Part shown: piece after piece, positions 37,903 through 45,024 of the stretch
Layout: each line of letters begins with the position of its first letter
Position numbering within the stretch: position 1 is the stretch's first letter
Assembly (NCBI GenBank): GCA_964641235.1
Contig: CAZXJX010000001.1
Span: 1-50,259, forward strand
Direction of reading: 5' to 3'
DNA length: 50,259 nucleotides
Source of the DNA: an uncultured Planctomycetia bacterium
GTDB lineage: Bacteria > Omnitrophota > Gorgyraeia > Pluralincolimonadales > CAZUZR01
The notes under the pieces: model-generated
The model's database searches: none
Told to the model about the DNA's origin: nothing
The model's input: only the letters and a program-made list of their open reading frames with translations
Program-made: the position numbers and the translations under genes

Positions 37903-38681
37903 AAATAACCAGAGACAAAATCTATTTTCACGCCCCGTATAGGATGCTTTTAAAGAACTTGGATACTCTTGCCGAAAACCGGATAAACTGTGAGATATAT
38001 ATCGATGGGAAGGAGCTTGATAAATATAATCAGGTTGAAATAGATGAGATAAACTCCACTTTCGAAAAATATGGCCTTTTAAAAATCGCCCACGGCCCTT
38101 TTTTAGATTTGAATCCGGGCAGTAGGGACCCTAAAATACGAGAGTTTACGTCGCAGCGCTTTATTGCGGCGCTGGAATTTTGCAAGGCGGTCAAAACAAA
38201 TCATATCGTCTTACACAGCGGCTTTCAGCCGATATTTTACAGAGATTCACATGAACTCTTTCTGGATTTAAGCATTAAAGTTTGGGGAGAAATTTTAGAT
38301 TTAGCCATTAAAAGCAACGTTATTATATCTATCGAGAATTCGATCGACCCAAGCCCGGAGATAATCGTTAAGCTGCTGGCGAGGTTAAAATCCCCGAATT
38401 TAAACGCATGTTTTGATATAGGCCACTTTAATGTTTTCGGGCAGGAATCTATTCTCGACTGCCTTAAGGAATACCCGCCCGATTCGATAGGAGAAATTCA
38501 TCTTTCCGATAACAACGGAGATTTTGATTCGCATCTGGCTTTGGGGGAAGGAAAGATAGACTTCGTAAAATTTTTTAAGGAAATGGATAAAATGGGCATA
38601 GAGCCGATACTTACTTCCGAACCGCATTCGATAGAAGATATCGAAAAAAATTTTAGATTTCTTCTATCCATAGGAAAATAG
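37899..38681 (+). CDS. Xylose-isomerase-like TIM-barrel protein (sugar phosphate isomerase/epimerase or AP endonuclease 2 family)
   Basis: HIVLHSG...SIEN...FDIGH...IHLSDN pattern. ATGA overlap with polX. Confidence 0.65.
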   Translation: MKITRDKIYFHAPYRMLLKNLDTLAENRINCEIYIDGKELDKYNQVEIDEINSTFEKYGLLKIAHGPFLDLNPGSRDPKIREFTSQRFIAALEFCKAVKTNHIVLHSGFQPIFYRDSHELFLDLSIKVWGEILDLAIKSNVIISIENSIDPSPEIIVKLLARLKSPNLNACFDIGHFNVFGQESILDCLKEYPPDSIGEIHLSDNNGDFDSHLALGEGKIDFVKFFKEMDKMGIEPILTSEPHSIEDIEKNFRFLLSIGK

Positions 38682-39371
38682 ATGGGGAAGAACAGGGTTT
38701 ATAATAGGGATTTTTTAAGAAAGGTTTATCATAAATTATATAAGGCCTTTGGCCCGAGAAATTGGTGGCCCGGCAAAACGCCGTTTGAGGTAATGGTGGG
38801 CGCCATATTAACTCAAAATACCGCTTGGTCCAATGTCGAAAAAGCTATTTCGAATTTAAAAAAAGAAGGCCTGCTTACGCCCAAACGTTTAAATGAAATA
38901 AATATTTCAGGACTCGCTAAACTTATCAAGCCAGCAGGATATTTCAACGTCAAGGCAAAGCGGCTAAAAAATTTCCTCGATTTCTTATTTAAGGAGTATA
39001 ATGGAAATATACGGCTTATGGGCAAGGAGAGCACAGCGGCATTGAGAAACAGGTTGCTTAATGTCAACGGAATAGGGCCCGAGACCTGCGATAGCATTTT
39101 ATTGTATGCCCTCAACAGGCCGATATTCGTAATAGATGCTTATACGAGGCGAATATTTTCAAGGTGCGGGTTGGCGAAAGATGATATCCCATATGAAAGA
39201 TTGCAATCCATCTTTATGGAAAACCTGCCGCGGAGTAAAAAACTTTATAACGAATATCACGCCTTGATTGTTCAGATGGGAAAAGATATATGTAAAAAAA
39301 GGCCTAATTGTAACCTATGTGTCATCAATGAGTTATGTAAAAAGAAGGGTCTAAGTAAGGCAAGTATATAG
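38682..39371 (+). CDS. Endonuclease III-related HhH-GPD base-excision repair protein with Fe-S cluster
   Basis: ILTQNT.W.NV, HhH LLNVNGIGPETCDSILLYAL, and the C-terminal Cys cluster CKKRPNCNLCVINELC. Confidence 0.8.
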   Translation: MGKNRVYNRDFLRKVYHKLYKAFGPRNWWPGKTPFEVMVGAILTQNTAWSNVEKAISNLKKEGLLTPKRLNEINISGLAKLIKPAGYFNVKAKRLKNFLDFLFKEYNGNIRLMGKESTAALRNRLLNVNGIGPETCDSILLYALNRPIFVIDAYTRRIFSRCGLAKDDIPYERLQSIFMENLPRSKKLYNEYHALIVQMGKDICKKRPNCNLCVINELCKKKGLSKASI

Positions 39372-39382
39372 GGAGGTAAGGT

Positions 39383-39946
39383 ATGGCAAAAACAGAAATC
39401 GGGCAAAAAAGAGCGTTGTTCCCATTACCGGTAATTCTCGTAACTTGTGTAGATAAGGAAGGAAAGCCCAATATCATAACTTTATCTTGGGCGGGTATAG
39501 TCTGTTCGGAGCCGCCAACGCTTTCAATTTCGGTCAGGCCGCATCGATATTCATATAATTTAATAAAAGAACAGGGAGAATTCGTAGTTAATATCGCTAC
39601 GATAGACATAATGAAAGAAACCGATATTTGCGGAACGGTCTCGGGGCGGAATGTGGACAAATTTGGTTTGACAAAACTTACGCCCGAAAAGGCAAAATTG
39701 GTTAAGCCGCCTTTGATTAAAGAATCTCCTGTTAACTTAGAATGCAGAGTAAAAAGTTCTATGAAACTGGGAACTCACGAGATGTTTATCGGCGAGATTT
39801 TAGCGGTCCACATCGACGAATCAGTCGCTACTTCGTCGGGAAACGTCGATTATACTAAAGCAAAGCCATTTGCTTATAATCAAGGCGAATATTGGAGTTT
39901 AAAGGAGAAGATAGGTTTTTACGGGTATACCAAAAAAGAAGAATAA
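39383..39946 (+). CDS. Flavin reductase-like (FMN-binding split-barrel) protein
   Basis: PLPVILVTC.D.EGKPNIITLSW.G...S.PP..SISVRP.R.S pattern. Confidence 0.75.
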   Translation: MAKTEIGQKRALFPLPVILVTCVDKEGKPNIITLSWAGIVCSEPPTLSISVRPHRYSYNLIKEQGEFVVNIATIDIMKETDICGTVSGRNVDKFGLTKLTPEKAKLVKPPLIKESPVNLECRVKSSMKLGTHEMFIGEILAVHIDESVATSSGNVDYTKAKPFAYNQGEYWSLKEKIGFYGYTKKEE

Positions 39947-39984
39947 GCGATCGATTAGCCAAACGACGAAAGGGGGTGTTGTAA

Positions 39985-40236
39985 ATGTTCCATACAGGAG
40001 TTAGCGTAGCGGCGCTTTTGGTAGCTTTGGGTGTAGGTTACATTATTCGCTTAAAGGCAGAAGAGGTAAAAGGCGGGCTCAGAACATTAGGCGTTGTGAT
40101 TAGCTATATTATCATTATAGTAAGTATCCTCGCCGGGGCATGTCAACTTTATCTTACGCATTATAAGGTAGTTGGCGGCAAGGCAATTAGCTGTCCTATG
40201 CCTCATGTTATGATGCAAGAGCCGATGAAAAAATAG
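39985..40236 (+). CDS. Hypothetical small membrane protein
   Basis: 83 aa, two predicted TM helices, SD GGGGG upstream. Confidence 0.4.
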   Translation: MFHTGVSVAALLVALGVGYIIRLKAEEVKGGLRTLGVVISYIIIIVSILAGACQLYLTHYKVVGGKAISCPMPHVMMQEPMKK

Positions 40237-40246
40237 GTTGCGGCAC

Positions 40247-40274
40247 TTGAAAATCGCTAGTATTGTGCTATACT
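40247..40274 (+). promoter_or_regulatory. Extended -10 promoter of the structured leader
   Basis: TTGAAA (40247-40252), 16 nt spacer, TGC-TATACT (40266-40274). Confidence 0.5.
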
Positions 40275-40280
40275 TATCTT

Positions 40281-40401
40281 GAAGCCAAACAGAGGGCTGC
40301 AAGCCGTTCCGTAAGGAATGGGGCGCAAACTCTGGCGTTCATTTGACAAAAAGAGGTTGTTTTGACCCCATCCGTGGTAGGTTTGCAGGGTGGGGTTTTT
40401 T
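40281..40401 (+). promoter_or_regulatory. Riboswitch-like structured leader ending in an intrinsic terminator (possible GEMM-I / c-di-GMP-I relative)
   Basis: GNRA hairpin CCGTTCC-GTAA-GGAATGG (40304-40321). Blocks GCCAAAC...GGGGCGCAAACTCTGG...CCGTGGTAGGT resemble GGCAAACC...GGGACGCAAAGCCUCCGG...CCGGUAGGU of the Vc2 aptamer. Terminator ACCCCATCC/GGGTGGGGT plus T6 overlaps the putative 3' aptamer strand. Confidence 0.35.
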
Positions 40402-40455
40402 ATTTGAGGCCAGTTTTAAGGCCTGCAAATCCCCTGGAGAGGGAGGTGAAAAAAG

Positions 40456-40599
40456 ATGAAACGGTTCCTTGAAATCTTGACAGGGATTCTAATAGGAGCC
40501 TTGGTCGGAATATTCTATCGCGATGCTTTGGCGCCATATCTTCCTCTGTTAGTCATCCTAGCAATCGTGCTGTTCATCCGACACGTAGAAGTCAAGTAA
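40456..40599 (+). CDS. 47-aa hydrophobic peptide downstream of the structured leader
   Basis: MKRFLEILTGILIGALVGIFYRDALAPYLPLLVILAIVLFIRHVEVK. SD GGGAGGTG 7 nt upstream. Absent from the ORF track. Confidence 0.45.
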   Translation: MKRFLEILTGILIGALVGIFYRDALAPYLPLLVILAIVLFIRHVEVK

Positions 40600-40626
40600 C
40601 CTCATCGCTCCTTAAAAGAGAATCCG

Positions 40627-40662
40627 AAAAAGCTAAGGCAGTCAATGCCTTAGCTTTTTTTT
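40627..40662 (+). terminator. Strong (bidirectional-looking) terminator
   Basis: AGCTAAGGCA (40631-40640) pairs with TGCCTTAGCT (40646-40655). Flanked by AAAA upstream and T8 downstream. Confidence 0.85.
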
Positions 40663-40666
40663 AATA

Positions 40667-40695
40667 TTGACTCCTTCCGCTACTTATTTTATAAT
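40667..40695 (+). promoter_or_regulatory. Near-consensus promoter
   Basis: TTGACT (40667-40672), 17 nt spacer, TATAAT (40690-40695). Confidence 0.55.
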
Positions 40696-40730
40696 AAGTC
40701 ATCTGGACACAAGCGAGCGGAGGAAGAGAA

Positions 40731-40844
40731 GTGTCGCTGAGATTTAATCCTTTTTTCGATTTCAAACCTAGCCCATATCTTTTCTGTGGGGTAATAATCG
40801 GCATCTTTTTAGCAGCCGTTATACGCGCCATTCTTAAGATTTAA
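40731..40844 (+). CDS. 37-aa hydrophobic peptide
   Basis: VSLRFNPFFDFKPSPYLFCGVIIGIFLAAVIRAILKI. GTG start with SD GGAGGAAG upstream. Absent from the ORF track. Confidence 0.35.
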   Translation: MSLRFNPFFDFKPSPYLFCGVIIGIFLAAVIRAILKI

Positions 40845-40853
40845 CCCCCATTT

Positions 40854-41630
40854 ATGAGATTAAGCGAAAAGATAATATTTCTACTTGAGAAGATATTGTC
40901 AAAGATAGGTTCTCTTTTTGATTTATTGGGAGAACGTATCAAAGGCTTATTCTTTGGCCAATTCGGTATAAAACTCACCTATAGAAGAGAGATAATCATA
41001 ATTTTACTTATCATTTCAGCCGTATTAATCTTCGCCGCCTCGCTTAATTGGCTGATATGGTTAGGCATATTTTTAATGACGGTCAATATCTTACTGTGGA
41101 TTATCGTAATTTTTTCTTGGACGCTGGACCCCCTATTAGAAGCCTCCGCATGGGGAAGGTTAGCTTATTTTCACGAACTAAAAAACGAAGTAATAAATTT
41201 TTCAAAAATAAATTTACTGCAGAAATTTTTAGCCAGATTTTTTTCGACTTTTATAATATTAATCTTAGGCTACGCTTTTATATATTTCGGCTTGCAGAAG
41301 ATAACGAATCCTTCTTTTGTTTTTGGCGCAGAACAGCAGGGATTGACGGCGCCCGTTTCAATTCTCGATTTCGTGTATTACAGCGCCATAACTATCGCGA
41401 CCGTCGGTTACGGCGACATTTATCCGATTCATCCTTTCGCCAAGATTTTCGTGCTTACGGAAGTTATTTGCGGCGCCCTTATAGTCATATTTTTAATTTC
41501 ATCCTTTACTTCCATTTCTATACATCTCTCCAGCGAGAGACAACAGGCATTAGTCGGTGAAATCGAGAAAGAGATTAAAGACATAGACGCAATCTTTTCA
41601 GAGTTAAAACAGCTATATAAGGAGAGCTAA
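40854..41630 (+). CDS. Potassium channel family protein (2-TM pore type with extra N-terminal helices)
   Basis: Selectivity filter TVGYGD within ITIATVGYGDIYP. Confidence 0.8.
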   Translation: MRLSEKIIFLLEKILSKIGSLFDLLGERIKGLFFGQFGIKLTYRREIIIILLIISAVLIFAASLNWLIWLGIFLMTVNILLWIIVIFSWTLDPLLEASAWGRLAYFHELKNEVINFSKINLLQKFLARFFSTFIILILGYAFIYFGLQKITNPSFVFGAEQQGLTAPVSILDFVYYSAITIATVGYGDIYPIHPFAKIFVLTEVICGALIVIFLISSFTSISIHLSSERQQALVGEIEKEIKDIDAIFSELKQLYKES

Positions 41631-42163
41631 TGAGAAGGCAACTGATATTCGCTGCATTTACAGCGGCTATTTTCGGTTATTTTTGGCTCGAATCGGCCTG
41701 CTTTTCAGAACAGCCGAACGAAAAAGTATTGAGTTTGGAAAATATCTTCAGGACGAGTTATGCGTTGTCGGGAGATACAAAAGGTGTCACGCAAAAAGGC
41801 GAAGCTGTATATTTATCAAAAGGAAACATTCAGAAGGCGCTTTCAACGTTAAAAAATATAATTATCGAGGAAAAACGCCCGGAGCGGTCTTTCAGCAAAA
41901 GGGACTCAATCAATATAATCGTCTTCAGGGGCATAATGCTTACACAAGGAAAAATAGAGATAGCCAAAGTAGTTTCTAAAGGCAATGACTTTGAAATATA
42001 CGCCAAATATATCGATTTTTCCGAACTGAATATTCCTTCCGAACCGGCTGCTATAATTCCCCTCGGAAAATTGCCGAGAGGGAAATATACGGTGTCCTTA
42101 TATATAAACGATAAATTGCATAAAAAGGCGGAATTTAAAGTAAGGGGATATATACATATTTAA
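41630..42163 (+). CDS. Hypothetical secreted protein
   Basis: N-terminal signal-like helix. No recognisable motif. TAATG overlap with the channel gene. Confidence 0.4.
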   Translation: MRRQLIFAAFTAAIFGYFWLESACFSEQPNEKVLSLENIFRTSYALSGDTKGVTQKGEAVYLSKGNIQKALSTLKNIIIEEKRPERSFSKRDSINIIVFRGIMLTQGKIEIAKVVSKGNDFEIYAKYIDFSELNIPSEPAAIIPLGKLPRGKYTVSLYINDKLHKKAEFKVRGYIHI

Positions 42164-42181
42164 AAGATAACAAGGACACTA

Positions 42182-42646
42182 ATGAAGAGATTGCCGCTTA
42201 ATGTAGCCAATTTTTTACATAAACAGAATTTTATTATCGTTTCCACTCTTGACAGAAGAGGCAGTTTGCATAACTCTTGTAAGGGAATAGTGAAGATAAA
42301 TAGAAACGGCGAGATTCATTTGCTCGATCTTTATAGAGGCGGCACATTCAACAATTTAAAACATAATCCGAACATAAGCATCACCGCCGTAGATGAACAT
42401 AAATTCGAGGGTTATTCGCTTAAGGGCAAAGCAAAAATAATAAAAATAGAAGAAATAAAATCCCATCTTTTAAAAGCATGGGAAGAAAAAATCGCCGGCA
42501 GAATAACCCATAGGATTATTAAAAATATTCACGGGGAAACAGGCCATCCACGGCACCCGGAAGCGCTTTTGCCGAAGCCGAAATATCTGATTACTATGAA
42601 AGTGAGCGAGATAATAAATCTTACTCCAAGAGTCTATAATGCGTAA
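42182..42646 (+). CDS. Pyridoxamine 5'-phosphate oxidase-like (FMN-binding split barrel) protein
   Basis: The pattern N....VSTLD..G..H.S..G.....N.........GG.T..NL..NP.ISI..VD is typical of the family. Confidence 0.55.
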   Translation: MKRLPLNVANFLHKQNFIIVSTLDRRGSLHNSCKGIVKINRNGEIHLLDLYRGGTFNNLKHNPNISITAVDEHKFEGYSLKGKAKIIKIEEIKSHLLKAWEEKIAGRITHRIIKNIHGETGHPRHPEALLPKPKYLITMKVSEIINLTPRVYNA

Positions 42647-43349
42647 GCAGAATATCGTCTATATTTTGATATTAACCATAACAGCCCTATTTAGTTATAA
42701 TGCCTACGCAAAAAATCTGCCCAAATGGTTTCCCTTCAATAGAAAAGACGCCCTCAAGGAATGGGAAGAAAAAATATTCAAGGGCAAAGTCCTCTATACC
42801 GTCGAATTAGGGCAGGAGGGCGGATACCTTTCGGCTAAAAGCGAAAGCACCTGTTCGGGTTTGTTGTATAAAATAAGCTTTAATCCCGAGAAATTACCGA
42901 TGATAAGCTGGGAATGGATGGTGATGAAGTTTCCCGAAAAAACCAAAGTCAGTGAGGTAGTCCCCGATAAAAATAAGGGTAAAAATAAGGGGTGGATAGA
43001 ACAGGATGATTATGCCGCAAGGGTATATGTGATATTTCCAAGCAGTAATTTTAAGAAGACAAAGAGCATCGAATATATCTGGGACGAGGATTTGGCCGAA
43101 GGGACGATATTAACAAGCCCTTATTTTAAAAACATCAAGCTCATAGTAGTGAAGTCGGGGAAAAATATCGGTCAGTGGATGCTTGAGAAACGCAATATCT
43201 ACGAGGACTATAAAAAGGCCTTTGGCAAGGCACCTACTGCCTGGGTTGGCGCAATAGCGCTGATGACCGACACGGACAATACGCTGTCTACCGCTGAGGC
43301 ATTGTACAAAAACATAAAAGTGGGGTACAAAGATGAATCGAAAGAATAG
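42639..43349 (+). CDS. Secreted DUF3047-like protein
   Basis: Signal peptide. W.E..F.G...Y, ISW.W.V and DDYAARVYV blocks recalled from DUF3047 proteins. Confidence 0.4.
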   Translation: MRKQNIVYILILTITALFSYNAYAKNLPKWFPFNRKDALKEWEEKIFKGKVLYTVELGQEGGYLSAKSESTCSGLLYKISFNPEKLPMISWEWMVMKFPEKTKVSEVVPDKNKGKNKGWIEQDDYAARVYVIFPSSNFKKTKSIEYIWDEDLAEGTILTSPYFKNIKLIVVKSGKNIGQWMLEKRNIYEDYKKAFGKAPTAWVGAIALMTDTDNTLSTAEALYKNIKVGYKDESKE

Positions 43350-43749
43350 AAGGAGAAGAGTTTTCGCGAATAAGATACACAGGGAAATATTCTTAGCTAT
43401 CTTTTTGCCTGTCTTTTTGACGGCGGCCATCGTTTCGGTTGCCATTTATTATTTAATCTTCGGCATTACGGCCGAACAGGTCGCTATCCCCGAGGCCATC
43501 GCCTATAATCTCATTCCCGCCTCTGAAAAAGTAACGGTTATTTTATTATTTTCTGCTTTGCCCATCATCCTCGCCATACTGATTTTCGCCTACAAGGTCT
43601 CTCATAAAATAGTCGGCCCTTTTGATAGGATAGTAAGGGAGCTGGATGAACGCATAAAAGGCGAAAATCGCAACCACATAACGGTAAGGAAGGGCGATAA
43701 ATTCAAGCCTTTGGTAGACAATATTAATAAATTATTGGATAAGATTTAG
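43333..43749 (+). CDS. Hypothetical two-TM membrane protein with short cytoplasmic helix
   Basis: Two hydrophobic helices followed by an HK.VGPF.RI.REL segment (HAMP-like start). Confidence 0.4.
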   Translation: MNRKNRRRRVFANKIHREIFLAIFLPVFLTAAIVSVAIYYLIFGITAEQVAIPEAIAYNLIPASEKVTVILLFSALPIILAILIFAYKVSHKIVGPFDRIVRELDERIKGENRNHITVRKGDKFKPLVDNINKLLDKI

Positions 43750-43768
43750 CGGCAGACCTTCAAAAGGA

Positions 43769-44089
43769 ATGAAAATGTTAAAAGAAAAGATTGCCAGCCT
43801 GAGCGCTTTGGTGGATTATCAAGAAGGCTCAATCGTAAGCAAGGAGATAATAAAAAAGGATAAAGGTACGGTGACACTCTTCGCCTTTGATAAAGGGCAA
43901 GGATTAAGCGAGCATACCGCGCCGTTCGACGCCTTGGTTTACGTCTTTGTCGGTAAGGCGGAGATCGTTATCTCGGGCAATCCCCATTATTTAAAAGCAG
44001 GCGAAATCATCATAATGCCGGCGAACAAGCCGCATGCCTTAAAGGCGACGGAACGTTTCAAGATGATGCTGGTGATGGTAAGGGCTTGA
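43769..44089 (+). CDS. Cupin domain protein
   Basis: Cupin_2 pattern G..L.EH.AP.DALVYV..G.AEI.I.G.....AGE.I.MPAN.PHAL. Confidence 0.8.
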   Translation: MKMLKEKIASLSALVDYQEGSIVSKEIIKKDKGTVTLFAFDKGQGLSEHTAPFDALVYVFVGKAEIVISGNPHYLKAGEIIIMPANKPHALKATERFKMMLVMVRA

Positions 44090-44096
44090 AATCACG

Positions 44097-44156
44097 ATCA
44101 AGCCCTCCTCAAAAGACCCGGAGTTGCGTAATAAGTACGAAGGAATTAGTAAATAG
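44097..44156 (+). pseudogene. Startless C-terminal remnant of the 43-aa Zn-ribbon ORF
   Basis: Reads IKPSSKDPELRNKYEGISK* against IKPSEKDPELCNKCEEK* in the intact copy (48613-48744). Both Cys are replaced (R, Y), and a stop lies 6 codons upstream with no start. Confidence 0.7.
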
Positions 44157-44167
44157 TGGTATAATAT
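44097..44167 (+). repeat. Direct repeat DR1a (Zn-ribbon gene 3' remnant plus extended -10 promoter)
   Basis: Hand alignment to 48691-48762 gives 7 substitutions and one 1-nt indel over 71 nt. Contains TGGTATAAT (44157-44165). Confidence 0.9.
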
Positions 44168-44221
44168 GACCAAAGCCACAAAGAGGCGGTCAATGAGGTC
44201 TAAATCAGGTTAAATCTAAAA

Positions 44222-44255
44222 GGCAACCCCTAGTTAGAGAGTTGCCTTTTATTTT
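44222..44255. terminator. Hairpin plus T-run; inverted copy of the hairpin at 48557-48583
   Basis: GGCAAC-ccctagttagaga-GTTGCC then TTTTATTTT. The inner asymmetric bases (cccct...agaga) are the reverse complement of those in the 48.56-kb copy. Confidence 0.55.
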
Positions 44256-44274
44256 ATAAGGAAAGGAGGGAGAT

Positions 44275-44379
44275 ATGAAAAAACAAATTGATAAAATAAT
44301 ATGGTTGGTCGGAATTTTATTTGCTCCTATTATTTTAATTTTTAGATTTATATTTAAAACAAAAGAGCAAGGAGGATGA
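44275..44379 (+). CDS. 34-aa hydrophobic peptide
   Basis: MKKQIDKIIWLVGILFAPIILIFRFIFKTKEQGG. Strong SD AAAGGAGGGAG. The stop is 1 nt before the PEGA gene ATG. Absent from the ORF track. Confidence 0.4.
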   Translation: MKKQIDKIIWLVGILFAPIILIFRFIFKTKEQGG

Positions 44380-44380
44380 A

Positions 44381-44848
44381 ATGAGGAATAGCTTTTGGGT
44401 AATTATTATTTTCTTAATGATGGTTTTCGCATCGGGATGTGCAACTATTACGACGGGTCGGTATCAAAGAGTTCCTATAGATTCTAATCCTCAAGAAGCA
44501 AATGTTAGTGTGAGTTCTGGATATCGAGGCGTGACGCCATGTTCGTTTGATTTGCAGAGAAACAAGGATCACGTTATTAAAATAGCGAAGAAAGGATATC
44601 AAACAGCACAGGTTACATTAAAGAAAACAATATGTGGCTCAACGGCTGGAAACTTAATAATCGGCGGAGTAATAGGGCTTGGAGTGGACGCAATAAGCGG
44701 CGCTATGTTTAAATTAGTACCGGAAAATGTTTATGTCGATTTAGTGCCGGGCGAAGAGAGTCAAGTTGTTGTAATTGAGCCTCCAAAACAAAAGCCGGAA
44801 GAAACAAAAAAAGAGACAGCAGAACCAACAACGAATATAAGTAAGTAA
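44381..44848 (+). CDS. PEGA-domain lipoprotein with C-terminal glycine-zipper-like helix
   Basis: Lipobox FASGC. PEGA-like ...IDSNPQEANVSV.....GVTPC.FDL......VIKIAKKGYQ. GxxxG-rich hydrophobic segment. Confidence 0.65.
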   Translation: MRNSFWVIIIFLMMVFASGCATITTGRYQRVPIDSNPQEANVSVSSGYRGVTPCSFDLQRNKDHVIKIAKKGYQTAQVTLKKTICGSTAGNLIIGGVIGLGVDAISGAMFKLVPENVYVDLVPGEESQVVVIEPPKQKPEETKKETAEPTTNISK

Positions 44849-44875
44849 AATTTTATATTTTTGATGCAATTTTTG

Positions 44876-44945
44876 GTGCCATCCTACAAGGCGCCACCCT
44901 ACGAGATTAAAATTTAGATTATATAGGGTGCCCCCAAATAGGATG
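44876..44945. repeat. Four-site nested inverted-repeat array (A-B...B'-A') upstream of the radical SAM gene
   Basis: Tandem 15-mers gtgCCATCCTAcaag and gcgCCACCCTAcgag (cores at 44880-44886 and 44895-44901). Mirrored by TAGGGTG (44924-44930) and TAGGATG (44939-44945), also 15 nt apart, around a 22-nt AT-rich centre. Confidence 0.7.
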
Positions 44946-45024
44946 ACTCCTAAGAGTTATCTCCTGAAAGTTATTGAAGGAGCAAAAGGGGAAAATAGAG
45001 CGATAAGAAGTAAAAACCCTTTCT

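Noticed and set aside
41048-41979. 170-aa (41048-41560) and 98-aa (41683-41979) alternative-frame + strand ORFs
   Set aside because: They overlap the K+ channel gene (clear TVGYGD filter) and the following secreted-protein gene in other frames. Their composition is Arg/Phe-rich and non-protein-like.
44863-44916. 17-codon ORF MQFLVPSYKAPPYEIKI across the tandem 15-mers, and a 40-codon ORF from ATG 44943
   Set aside because: Neither has an SD. The second overlaps the radical SAM start out of frame. The repeat symmetry is better explained as a nucleic-acid element.
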